Positions 10,580-20,042 of a stretch of DNA of 64,000 nucleotides are shown here, in pieces. The translations under genes were made by a program, and so were the position numbers. This DNA is from Spirochaetaceae bacterium (GTDB taxonomy: Bacteria; Spirochaetota; Spirochaetia; DSM-2461): assembly GCA_051531975.1 (NCBI GenBank), contig JAOPTT010000001.1:1-64000 (forward strand), written 5' to 3'. Position 1 is the stretch's first letter. Each line of letters begins with the position of its first letter. The notes beneath the pieces were generated by a model. It did not search any database. It saw only the letters and a list, made by a program, of their open reading frames with translations, and was not told where the DNA came from.

Positions 10580-13126
10580 TCACTGTCTTCCCATCCTAGG
10601 ACTAGCTAATGGCATATATCTCAACCATATTCTAACCCAATCAGTTTGAGAACTAGTTACTGATTTAGAAACATGTTCTAAAATAATATCTGAAAACGGT
10701 GCAAGCTTTATATTAATTTTTCCATTATCATTATTTAACACCTGTTGCCTTGCAACAAAACCTTCAGGGGCTGATTCAAAATAATTTGCAATCCAATTAC
10801 CATCTCCGGAACACATTTTTATCACTCTTTCCTGATTACTAAAATTACTCATTAAAATCACCTGCTCATTATCAACATTATTAGGATTTGCTCTTGTTAT
10901 AGTAACAACCTTGCTGTTTTTATCAATATTTATTTTATCACCAATTGAATCATTTGGGCCTAACCATGGATATCTATTAATCAATTCCCTTTCAAGATGA
11001 CATGCATACTTATAAGTCTCAGGTGCTGGATTAAAATTTTTATCACTATTTAAATTTGATATCAATTCCATATAAGTTACAAACATCATTTTAGCAGCAT
11101 CTATACAAGATTGATTAATCATTAATGTATGTTCTATTTTTTTAATAATTTGCTCATAATTTCCTCCATATAAACAATATTCTTTGTGGAAAAATTCGAT
11201 AAATTTCTTAAACTGGTTAAAATCCACTATATTTGTAATGTTTGGTATGATCACACTGTTTTTACTTAAAATATCAATAGCTTTATTAAAGCCAGAAATA
11301 GTTTCAGGATATGTTTCTACAATGTAAAACCAATTATCATTATCAAATTCTGGAGATAAAAAAAGTCCAGATTTTTGTGCAAAAAGTGCAAGGTCTGCTG
11401 CAACATTCCCCCAGGTATCTCTAGTAAAATGCCAAAATCCTTTATCAAAAGTCATTCTTGTTCCCCGACCAAAAATTAGCATTAGAGCTATTTTAACCTG
11501 ACGTAGTTGCCATCCACTATGATTGCCCTGTTCATCATGTGATTGTCCATATAGTACGGAATGTTCATTATCAAAAAGTTTATATGTTAATTTTTCAACT
11601 ATATCCATATTAATATTTCCACTGGATGAATAATTATTAAATAACTCTTCAATACTGTGTACATAATCAAAGTCCCATCTTGCTGATACAGGTGTTGCTG
11701 GTCTTCTATTGCCAAAAGGATCCATAGTTCTACTAATACTCTCCCGTTCATCTTCTGCAATAGAAAATATTGGCTGGGGTTCTATAAATGTTCCATTTAT
11801 CACATAAGCCGGTGTTATCTCTGCCAACTCAAAAACCATAGAATCATCACCAAATTTACTAGTCTGATCCATTCTTACAAAGTCGATATGATATAATTCG
11901 ACAAAGCGTTTTAAACTCTCTTTTATCCACTCCCTAACATATAAGTCTGAAAAGTTTATTCCTGGACCCCACTCTGTACTTTTATGGATATCTGTAATAT
12001 TGAAAAAGTTATTTCTGGTACTTCCATCAGGACCAAGATGATTAAAAACTACATCGATTCCAACTTTTTTACCAAGAGAATGCATATTAGCAATAAACTT
12101 CTTAAGAACATCTGCCGAGCCATAATCTGCATTTATTGATAGATAATAATCTAGAATATCATAGCCCCAACCCTGTATTGCTTTTTGTGGTTTTTTACTA
12201 ATAGTCAAAACACCATCGTCAATAGAAACAATTAGGTTAGATGAACCTGATATTTCATGAATAGGCATAAACTCGATACTATCAAAATCTAATAATTCTG
12301 CTGATTCTAATGCTTTATCAAATAGGGTTATTATTGAAAAAATATACTTCTCTGATGTTATGTTTATAATTTCTTCACAATAAAAGTTCTCTAATAATAG
12401 TAGAAATTCTTCAAGATGAGTGATTTTTTCATATCGATACTTACTTGTAACGATACCATCCTGTGTTAAATAACCATTTTTAACTAATCTTGTAAAAAGT
12501 TCATTTGCTGAAATAAGAGGATATATAATCTCTAATAATTTATCATTAGTAATTATCATATTTTCAAACTGTGCATTTAATCCAGCAAAGGTACCTTCTG
12601 ATGTAGCAGAGCCAACATGGATTTTGTTAATATGTCTGGGAATTTTCATACCACTCAAAAGATAATCCAGTTCAGTTTCCGGCCATTTAAAAGAATCATG
12701 GTTAACAATTTTTGCAATGTTTCCCATATAACCAGCGGTTAAACATTCATCATATGGAGTTGTTGTGATTTCTCCAGTTGTTCTATCTACAAGTTGGTAG
12801 AAGCAGTTTAAAGGTAGACCTTTTAATGAAGAATAAAAATGATCTGCAATAAATGACAAAGGATAATCACAACTAAGATAAGTATTATTGTTTTGTCCCG
12901 ATGGCAACCAGATACGAATTTCTAGTTCATGTCCATTTTTATTTGGTGCATAAAATACAAAATCAGTAATTTCTGAAAGTGCATGATAATGAATCCCATG
13001 AATAGAAACTAATTTTTGTGGTTTCTCACTAGATAAAGAGATTTTTAATTTTTTTAAAGACTCTATATTTATAGAAATATCTGTAAATAAGTCACTGGAA
13101 ATTTTCCGGTCTTGTATGATAATCAT
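10580..13126 (-). CDS. Divergent GH13 glycoside hydrolase, TreZ (malto-oligosyltrehalose trehalohydrolase)-like
   Basis: IEFMPIHE, WGYD, GIDVVFNHLGPDG, TEWGPGINF, FVRMDQ (nucleophile), IAED (acid/base), SHDEQGN. Confidence 0.8.
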   Translation of the reverse strand: MIIIQDRKISSDLFTDISINIESLKKLKISLSSEKPQKLVSIHGIHYHALSEITDFVFYAPNKNGHELEIRIWLPSGQNNNTYLSCDYPLSFIADHFYSSLKGLPLNCFYQLVDRTTGEITTTPYDECLTAGYMGNIAKIVNHDSFKWPETELDYLLSGMKIPRHINKIHVGSATSEGTFAGLNAQFENMIITNDKLLEIIYPLISANELFTRLVKNGYLTQDGIVTSKYRYEKITHLEEFLLLLENFYCEEIINITSEKYIFSIITLFDKALESAELLDFDSIEFMPIHEISGSSNLIVSIDDGVLTISKKPQKAIQGWGYDILDYYLSINADYGSADVLKKFIANMHSLGKKVGIDVVFNHLGPDGSTRNNFFNITDIHKSTEWGPGINFSDLYVREWIKESLKRFVELYHIDFVRMDQTSKFGDDSMVFELAEITPAYVINGTFIEPQPIFSIAEDERESISRTMDPFGNRRPATPVSARWDFDYVHSIEELFNNYSSSGNINMDIVEKLTYKLFDNEHSVLYGQSHDEQGNHSGWQLRQVKIALMLIFGRGTRMTFDKGFWHFTRDTWGNVAADLALFAQKSGLFLSPEFDNDNWFYIVETYPETISGFNKAIDILSKNSVIIPNITNIVDFNQFKKFIEFFHKEYCLYGGNYEQIIKKIEHTLMINQSCIDAAKMMFVTYMELISNLNSDKNFNPAPETYKYACHLERELINRYPWLGPNDSIGDKINIDKNSKVVTITRANPNNVDNEQVILMSNFSNQERVIKMCSGDGNWIANYFESAPEGFVARQQVLNNDNGKINIKLAPFSDIILEHVSKSVTSSQTDWVRIWLRYMPLASPRMGRQ

Positions 13127-13164
13127 ATTTGAACCTCCAAATCGGTATCATATATGAAATATGT

Positions 13165-13181
13165 TGCAAAATTCATGCCAA
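13165..13181 (-). promoter_or_regulatory. Sigma54 (-24/-12) promoter of the GH13 gene
   Basis: Minus strand TTGGCATG-AATT-TTGCA matches TGGCACG-N4-TTGC with exact spacing, about 40 nt upstream of the ATG, with a GGAGG RBS between. Confidence 0.75.
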
Positions 13182-13337
13182 TAAATGGGAAGGGGCTGAG
13201 GTGACTCTTAACAGCAAAGATTAAGGATTTTGTGCAATTTTTGGTTTATTTTACTATAATAACGTAATCTAACCGAATCAATCGAGGAATCATAATAGAA
13301 TAAGATATATTTACAGCTGTTAAATAAAGTTTATTTT

Positions 13338-14177
13338 TTGTATCATTTAGTCATGATAAATATTGAAATTAACAAAAAAAAGTGTACCCAGTGTAGCTTC
13401 TGTATATTAGATTGTCCCTCCCATGCAATTGACCAGGACAAGGATGGATTTCCCCAGTTATTAAGGGATAGCTGCTTAGAGTGCCAACACTGTTTAGCCA
13501 TATGTCCAGAGGCGGCATTATCATTTTCTGGTTATAAACCAGAGAATAGTCTACCTATATCAAAAGACAGACTACCAAACATAGAACAACTAGAAGTTTT
13601 GGCAAAGGGTAGACGATCAATAAGATCCTATAAAAAAGCTGATATTCCTAGGGAAGAAATCGATAAAATATTGGATATAGCATACCATGCTCCAACGGGG
13701 AAAAATGCTAAGGGAATCTCTTTTAAAGTCATTTATAAAGGGAAAGAGATGGATAGGTTTATCTCTCTGTTTTATAATGCAATCGAAGATGCTGTTAATG
13801 ATGGAAAATTAACTAAAGGAAATGAATTTTTAGAACAGCTACTAAATAGCTATAAAAACAATAACAATGATGTCTTTTTTAGAAATGCTCCCCACATCTT
13901 TTTTGCAATAGCAGAAGAGGATACTCCCCTAATGTTTACCGATTCTATTATTTCTGGTTCCTACTTTGAACTAGCCCTAACAGCTGCAGGTTATGGTGGA
14001 TTATGGAATGGATTTGTTAGCCACGCTGTAAAAACTATTCCCCAGATAAACGAGCTTCTTAAATTAAAGGATAGTGAGACATTTTGTTACGCCATATCTT
14101 TTGGGATACCAGATGTTACATATTCTAGAACAGTACAACGTGGAAATACTAAGGTTGAAGAGATAAATTTTATTTAA
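13338..14177 (+). CDS. Nitroreductase with N-terminal 4Fe-4S ferredoxin domain
   Basis: CTQCSFCILDCP, CLECQHCLAICP, RRSIRSY, APTGKN. Confidence 0.93.
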   Translation: MYHLVMINIEINKKKCTQCSFCILDCPSHAIDQDKDGFPQLLRDSCLECQHCLAICPEAALSFSGYKPENSLPISKDRLPNIEQLEVLAKGRRSIRSYKKADIPREEIDKILDIAYHAPTGKNAKGISFKVIYKGKEMDRFISLFYNAIEDAVNDGKLTKGNEFLEQLLNSYKNNNNDVFFRNAPHIFFAIAEEDTPLMFTDSIISGSYFELALTAAGYGGLWNGFVSHAVKTIPQINELLKLKDSETFCYAISFGIPDVTYSRTVQRGNTKVEEINFI

Positions 14178-14202
14178 TATAAACTGTAATATAGGAGATA
14201 TT

Positions 14203-15162
14203 ATGATTTCAGATAAATGTATGACTATTTTAGATAAAACAAGGAACTTCCCACCATGTTATGCAGATAGATTAGCTAATCACCTACCTATGGTTCTTAT
14301 ATCTCTAGATAAAATTGGGGCAAATAAAAATCAGTTAGAGGCTTTTTCAAATCACTACTCTAAAAGGTTTCTTAAAAAAGATGTTTCTTCAATCTACTTA
14401 GAGAACTATAACAAAGAGATTAAAATCGTAAAAACTTCTATTGATAATATTGGATTAAACCAAACAATTACCCAATATATTGATAGGTTAATTAATGGAG
14501 TAACTGCTTCTGCTTTTCACTGTCTAATTAGATTGGCTTATGCTGTAGAAAGTGAAATCCAAGATGAGATTATTAACGCTTTGGCATATTGGGTTATAGA
14601 ATATGAACCAATAGAGCTATCTGAAATAAACAGTGATGATAGCCTAGATTTTATTGTTTCAAAAGTTGAACAGATTAGACAAAAAAACTCTTTTAAAGAT
14701 GGTATTATTATAGACAGAGTATTAGAGGCATATAAAATAGATGTATTTAATGGTTTTAGAATACAGCCAAGTAGTATTAGTTTAGATGCAATATCCAAGT
14801 TATGCTTAGATCTATTTTATACATCTAATAATTTTACTATCCTACATACAGTTACTGCTTGCCATGCACTAAGATTATTACAACCATTTTTTAATAACCA
14901 AGAGAATATTCTACGTCACTTCTTCCAGGGCATTATTTTTGCATATATTACTACTGATCATGAGATGCAAATAAAAGAGGAAATAGATACCCATAGGTTA
15001 ACTTGGGATAATCTTTTAGATAGTATTAAGGATTCTAAGAATGATCACCAGATTAAACTAATGTATAGTTTATTCTCAGAATACAAACATTATAACGATA
15101 AAGACTATTTAAGAGTTGCTAAAAAAGTCTCAGAAAACGGTTGGATACCTAACTTTTTGTGA
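14203..15162 (+). CDS. Questin oxidase family (DUF4243-like) protein
   Basis: LANHLPMVL, AFHCLIRLAY, FTILHTVTACHAL and DHQIKL His motifs. Confidence 0.75.
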   Translation: MISDKCMTILDKTRNFPPCYADRLANHLPMVLISLDKIGANKNQLEAFSNHYSKRFLKKDVSSIYLENYNKEIKIVKTSIDNIGLNQTITQYIDRLINGVTASAFHCLIRLAYAVESEIQDEIINALAYWVIEYEPIELSEINSDDSLDFIVSKVEQIRQKNSFKDGIIIDRVLEAYKIDVFNGFRIQPSSISLDAISKLCLDLFYTSNNFTILHTVTACHALRLLQPFFNNQENILRHFFQGIIFAYITTDHEMQIKEEIDTHRLTWDNLLDSIKDSKNDHQIKLMYSLFSEYKHYNDKDYLRVAKKVSENGWIPNFL

Positions 15163-15188
15163 TTTGCTAAATGGTTGGTTTATCTTAA

Positions 15189-15800
15189 CTATCTTTTAAT
15201 AATTCCACTTAAAATAATATCTTTAAAAAGTTGCTGGAAATCTACCTGATCACAATATTCATTTTTAAGATGTTTTTCTCTTAATATGAGTCTTTGGAAC
15301 ATTGCAAAAAAATTCTGACTTATAAAGTGATAGATATCATCACCACTTATATCATTCCTTATGGAACCATCTTCTGTACCTTTAATAATATATTGATATA
15401 ACTGATCCTTAGAAGGTTCCATTGTTACTACAAAAGATTCTTCAAGCTGAGGGGTTGGATAATCATCCTGAAAATAACGGTCAAACTCAGCTGTAAACTT
15501 CATCTGACGTTTTATATCCTCAAAGTTAACATTATCAAAATATATTTCAACCATCTCAAAACCGGTTTTAGCACTTATGTCCTCAAGATCAACAAACATA
15601 TAATCCTGTATCTGTTTCATAATGATCATTTCAATCTCAAAGGCTAGTTCATCTTTTGTCTTAAAATATCGGTATAGAGTTCGTCTGTTAATTTCAACAG
15701 AAGCAGCAATATCTTTCATTTGTGTATTAGCTATACCAAAATCAATAAATTGCTTCTCTGCCTCTGCTATTATACGCTCTTTAGTTGTAATTTTTTTCAT
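15189..15800 (-). CDS. TetR/AcrR family regulator
   Basis: N-terminal HTH DIAASVEINRRTLYRYFKTKDEL. Confidence 0.93.
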   Translation of the reverse strand: MKKITTKERIIAEAEKQFIDFGIANTQMKDIAASVEINRRTLYRYFKTKDELAFEIEMIIMKQIQDYMFVDLEDISAKTGFEMVEIYFDNVNFEDIKRQMKFTAEFDRYFQDDYPTPQLEESFVVTMEPSKDQLYQYIIKGTEDGSIRNDISGDDIYHFISQNFFAMFQRLILREKHLKNEYCDQVDFQQLFKDIILSGIIKR

Positions 15801-15826
15801 ATATAATTCCAGTAATTACATTATCA

Positions 15827-17428
15827 TTACTCAGCTGAATTATCAAGAATGTTATAACTGTTTAAGGTATTCCCCTCTTCATCAATATATTTTATATTCA
15901 TATAACCGCCGTTAACTTCAACTTTTAATCCCTCAAAACCACTATGTGCATCAACATATCCACCTCCTACAATTATAGGGAAATGATTATATTCCTCTTC
16001 AGGTTCAATCAGATCAGAAGAGTGTGTATGTCCTGAAAATGCAACATCAATATCCATACTGTTTAGAAGATCTACCCACTGTTTTTCTGTTGATTTTAGT
16101 TCAGATCCATCCTGCAATTCCCTATACATATTTAGTGGCACATGATTAAAAACAATTTTATATTCTGCATTTTTATATTCATCACTTTCTGCAACTTCTT
16201 TTAGCCACTGGGTCTCTTCTTTTCTATACCCTTTAAAATCAACTAGTCCACCATACTCAATGTGTGTATCGGGTTTATCCTCACCTGCATCTAATACTAT
16301 AGCAAAAATGGGTCCATATTTAAATGTATAATAATAACGGCCCCCTGGAAGAGCTAAATAATTAGGTAGCTGTCTTGCTAATACACCCCTTGTTTCGTGG
16401 TTCCCTCGCACAAAATAAAAAGGTTTAAATCCCTTTGAATACTCTGTAATTGGCTTAAGCATCTCATCGATTATAATCTCTTCACTATCTATAGAAGAGA
16501 TTATATCCCCATTTAATACAAGAAAATTATAATCTCCATCCCCTAAATATTTTTTATATATATCTTCTCTCTCATGAACATCACTTAAAATGTAAAAAGA
16601 GATATTTTCATCATTTCTACTGTCTTCGGTTAATATAAAGTTACTATAAACACTATTCCCATATACAACATTGTTCTGGAAAATATTTTTAATATATCTA
16701 CTTCCAACTCTTAATATTAAACCGTCACTTGTTATGGGTAATAAAACTTTGTGTGTTTTACTGTTAGCCTGTTTAAACCCATTATTTGACATGTATTTTA
16801 TTGATAACTGCTCTTCATCCGGGCCATATTCAACCCACCCAGTACTTCTTTTATTTGTAGTCCAAAGTACAGCAAAATTATCATCATCTACATATTGGAA
16901 ATATGGGCCTGATGTTATTTGAACACTACCAGAATCTACAAAGATATAATAAAGAGAGATTATAAATATCGATGCCACTAAGACTCGTACCTTAATATTG
17001 TTTGAAATATTTAATTTAGGAAAAAATATAATAAAAAATAAAACAGAGGCAGTTATAACAATACCCGGTATTAGTGCCAGTAAATTTCTTATCAGGACTT
17101 GTTTCTCTGAACCCAACATAGTAACCAGATATATATTTAATCCCATAAATATAGCATTAAAAAGTATAACTATAGTTTTATTTAAAATTAGTTTTTTCCT
17201 ACTCTTTACTACAGAATAATTCATACTTATTAATAATGAAATTTGGGAATAGAGAGATATTAATATAAAAATAACCATAATAAATGTGGTCCAAAAATTA
17301 TTAAATCCCATAAACGAACCCAATTCTTGATCTATATATATCCAAATAGGTCTTATTGACCAATAAATTGCACTATTAATCATTGCTATTAAAGCTATAA
17401 TACTAAAAAACACTCTATTTTTATTCAC
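15827..17428 (-). CDS. Membrane-anchored metallophosphoesterase (purple acid phosphatase-like)
   Basis: About five N-terminal TM helices, GPY/WTT FN3-like segment, SDVHE, NGDII, RGNHE, HVP and SGHTH calcineurin-like motifs. Confidence 0.88.
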   Translation of the reverse strand: MNKNRVFFSIIALIAMINSAIYWSIRPIWIYIDQELGSFMGFNNFWTTFIMVIFILISLYSQISLLISMNYSVVKSRKKLILNKTIVILFNAIFMGLNIYLVTMLGSEKQVLIRNLLALIPGIVITASVLFFIIFFPKLNISNNIKVRVLVASIFIISLYYIFVDSGSVQITSGPYFQYVDDDNFAVLWTTNKRSTGWVEYGPDEEQLSIKYMSNNGFKQANSKTHKVLLPITSDGLILRVGSRYIKNIFQNNVVYGNSVYSNFILTEDSRNDENISFYILSDVHEREDIYKKYLGDGDYNFLVLNGDIISSIDSEEIIIDEMLKPITEYSKGFKPFYFVRGNHETRGVLARQLPNYLALPGGRYYYTFKYGPIFAIVLDAGEDKPDTHIEYGGLVDFKGYRKEETQWLKEVAESDEYKNAEYKIVFNHVPLNMYRELQDGSELKSTEKQWVDLLNSMDIDVAFSGHTHSSDLIEPEEEYNHFPIIVGGGYVDAHSGFEGLKVEVNGGYMNIKYIDEEGNTLNSYNILDNSAE

Positions 17429-17451
17429 AAACTTCCTCCATAACCCTCAAA

Positions 17452-17468
17452 GCCTCACGCGTGGCATG
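17452..17468. promoter_or_regulatory. Putative TetR operator 1
   Basis: Reverse complement CATGCCACGCGTGAGGC, an imperfect palindrome 15/17 identical to the site at 17593. Confidence 0.6.
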
Positions 17469-17551
17469 GATTTAATATAAATCATAATCTTTTACATGAC
17501 AAGCTTTAAATAGACAAATTAAATAATTGAGTTATTAAGATTGAGTTATGC

Positions 17552-17581
17552 TTGACAATATATTATTTGTGAATATATACT
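17552..17581 (+). promoter_or_regulatory. Sigma70-type promoter for the GH2-GH36-MFS operon
   Basis: TTGACA (17552)-N18-TATACT (17576). Confidence 0.5.
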
Positions 17582-17592
17582 CAAAACATACA

Positions 17593-17609
17593 CATGCCAC
17601 ACATGAGGC
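17593..17609. promoter_or_regulatory. Putative TetR operator 2
   Basis: CATGCCACACATGAGGC between the -10 box and the GH2 RBS. Confidence 0.6.
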
Positions 17610-17627
17610 ATTTAGGTAGGAATAACA

Positions 17628-20042
17628 ATGAATAAAAAAATAGATATAAACTTTGACTGGAAATACAGTCCATCTTTTAATGAGGAATATTTATCCCCAA
17701 ACTTTGATGATACATCATTTAAAACTGTACAGATTCCACATGCAAATATTGAGACACCATATAATAACTTTGATGAAAAAATGTACCAATTTGAAAGTTG
17801 TTACAGAAAGAGTATATGGATAGATGAAGTTAAAAACAGTGAAAGAGTTTCTATAAACTTTGAAGGTGTTATGACATATGCAAAGGTTTACCTAAATGGA
17901 TCTTATGTTGGCGAACATAAAGGTGGATATACCCCTTTTAAAATAGACCTAACTGACACTGCAATAACTAATGCAGAGAACCTCTTAGTAGTGTATGTTG
18001 ACTCTAATGAACGGGAAGATATTCCACCATTTGGTTTTGTAGTTGATTATTTAACATATGGTGGTATTTATAGAGAAGTAAGCCTTGAATATAGTAACCA
18101 ACTTCATATTGAGAACTTAGGTATTAAAACTAAAAATGTTTTAACAAACTCACCTTCACTAGATGTGGATATCTATCTGTCTAATCTGGGTAAAGAAATA
18201 AAAGATGTTACATTCCAGTTCGACTTAATATTTAAAAACAAAACAGTTAAATCTTTTAGTAAATCAATTAAATTAAACGGTGGATTTAATGAAATAGTTA
18301 ATATTAAAGAAGATTTAAAACAAGTTCACCTATGGGATACAGATAACCCAAACCTATATTTTCTAAACTTAACTTTAGCCCAGGCTAATAAAAATATAGA
18401 TAACCATACTGTTCGATTTGGTTTCAGGGAAATAGCTTTTAAAGAGTCCGGTTTTTATCTTAACGGTAATAATATAAAAATACAGGGGCTAAACCGTCAC
18501 CAGTCATTTCCATATGTTGGTTACGCAATGCCTAAGAGTGCACAGTATAAAGATGCGGATATATTAAAAGAAGATCTTGGAGTTAATACTGTACGACTCT
18601 CCCATTATCCACAAAGTGATCATTTTATGGATAGATGTGATGAGATTGGACTTCTTGTATTTGATGAAATCCCAGGTTGGCAACATATTGGTGATAAAAA
18701 GTGGCAGGATGTAGCACTTCAAAATGTCCGGGAAATGATTTTAAAAGATATGAATCACCCAAGTGTTATAATATGGGGTGTAAGAATTAACGAATCCCAG
18801 GATGATGATGAATTTTACACAAAAACCAATGAGCTTGCCAGATCTATTGATGATTCAAGACCTACAGGCGGGGTTAGATGTATTACGAAGAGTAATCTAT
18901 TAGAGGACGTTTATACCTATAATGATTTTTCACATACCGGGGGAAACAGTGGTGTTGATAAAAAAAGAAAGGTAACATCAACTAAGAAACCCTACCTTAT
19001 TACAGAATATAACGGGCATATGTTTCCAACTAAAAAGTTTGATGATGAATCCCACAGATTAGAACACGCCTTAAGACATATGAATGTTATTGATGCCATG
19101 AGGGGGGAAGACAGTATATCCGGAGCAATCGGTTGGTGTATGTTTGATTATAATACCCACAAAGATTTTGGTAGTGGTGATAAAATATGTTATCACGGTG
19201 TTATGGATATGTTTAGAATCCCTAAACATGCGACCTACGTATACCAGTCACAGAGTGATTTAAAACCTGTAATGCATATTTCAAGTCCTCTGAATATTGG
19301 TGAATTTGAAGGTTCACTTTTAGAGGATATATATATTTTCACAAATTGTGATTATGTAAAGCTCTATAGACATGGGAAGTATATTAATACATTTTATCCT
19401 GATAAAAAGAAGTATAAAAATGTTAAACACGCCCCTATTATTGTTGATGATTTTATTGGGGATGCAATTAAAGATAATGAACAATTTTCACCAAAAGATG
19501 CTCAAATCATTAAAAATCTTTTAACAAGTGTAAGTAAAAATGGTGTAAATCTCTCAATTTTAGACACACTTAAAATGGGTTGGATGTTCCTTAAATATAA
19601 AATGAACCAGAGAGACGCAGAAGACCTTTATACAAAGTATTTTGGTGGCTGGGGTGGAGCAGCAATAGACTACAGATTTGAGGGTTATATTAATGATAAA
19701 TGTGTATTAGAAACTACAAAAAGCCAGGTTTTTAATCCTATACTAAAAATGACTCCGGATTGTAATATCTTATTGGAGAAAGAGACTTATGATACTACCA
19801 GGGTTCTACTAAATTTAGTTGATGACTATGGTAATGATATCGTTTATGCCCATGATACTGTAATAATAGAAACAGAGGGTCCCATCGAAATAATTGGTCC
19901 AAAAGTAATATCTCTTATTGGTGGTTCAGTAGGTTTTTGGGTAAAAACAACAGGCGAATCCGGAACAGGTAGAGTTATAATAAAGTCTGAAAGGTTTGGA
20001 GTTTTAGAAGATACATTCAGTGTAACCAAGGAAATTTTATGA
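17628..20042 (+). CDS. GH2 beta-galactosidase
   Basis: GLNRHQSFPYVG, VRLSHYP, NHPSVIIWGVRINES (acid/base), LITEYNGH (nucleophile), GWCMFDYNTH. Confidence 0.93.
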   Translation: MNKKIDINFDWKYSPSFNEEYLSPNFDDTSFKTVQIPHANIETPYNNFDEKMYQFESCYRKSIWIDEVKNSERVSINFEGVMTYAKVYLNGSYVGEHKGGYTPFKIDLTDTAITNAENLLVVYVDSNEREDIPPFGFVVDYLTYGGIYREVSLEYSNQLHIENLGIKTKNVLTNSPSLDVDIYLSNLGKEIKDVTFQFDLIFKNKTVKSFSKSIKLNGGFNEIVNIKEDLKQVHLWDTDNPNLYFLNLTLAQANKNIDNHTVRFGFREIAFKESGFYLNGNNIKIQGLNRHQSFPYVGYAMPKSAQYKDADILKEDLGVNTVRLSHYPQSDHFMDRCDEIGLLVFDEIPGWQHIGDKKWQDVALQNVREMILKDMNHPSVIIWGVRINESQDDDEFYTKTNELARSIDDSRPTGGVRCITKSNLLEDVYTYNDFSHTGGNSGVDKKRKVTSTKKPYLITEYNGHMFPTKKFDDESHRLEHALRHMNVIDAMRGEDSISGAIGWCMFDYNTHKDFGSGDKICYHGVMDMFRIPKHATYVYQSQSDLKPVMHISSPLNIGEFEGSLLEDIYIFTNCDYVKLYRHGKYINTFYPDKKKYKNVKHAPIIVDDFIGDAIKDNEQFSPKDAQIIKNLLTSVSKNGVNLSILDTLKMGWMFLKYKMNQRDAEDLYTKYFGGWGGAAIDYRFEGYINDKCVLETTKSQVFNPILKMTPDCNILLEKETYDTTRVLLNLVDDYGNDIVYAHDTVIIETEGPIEIIGPKVISLIGGSVGFWVKTTGESGTGRVIIKSERFGVLEDTFSVTKEIL

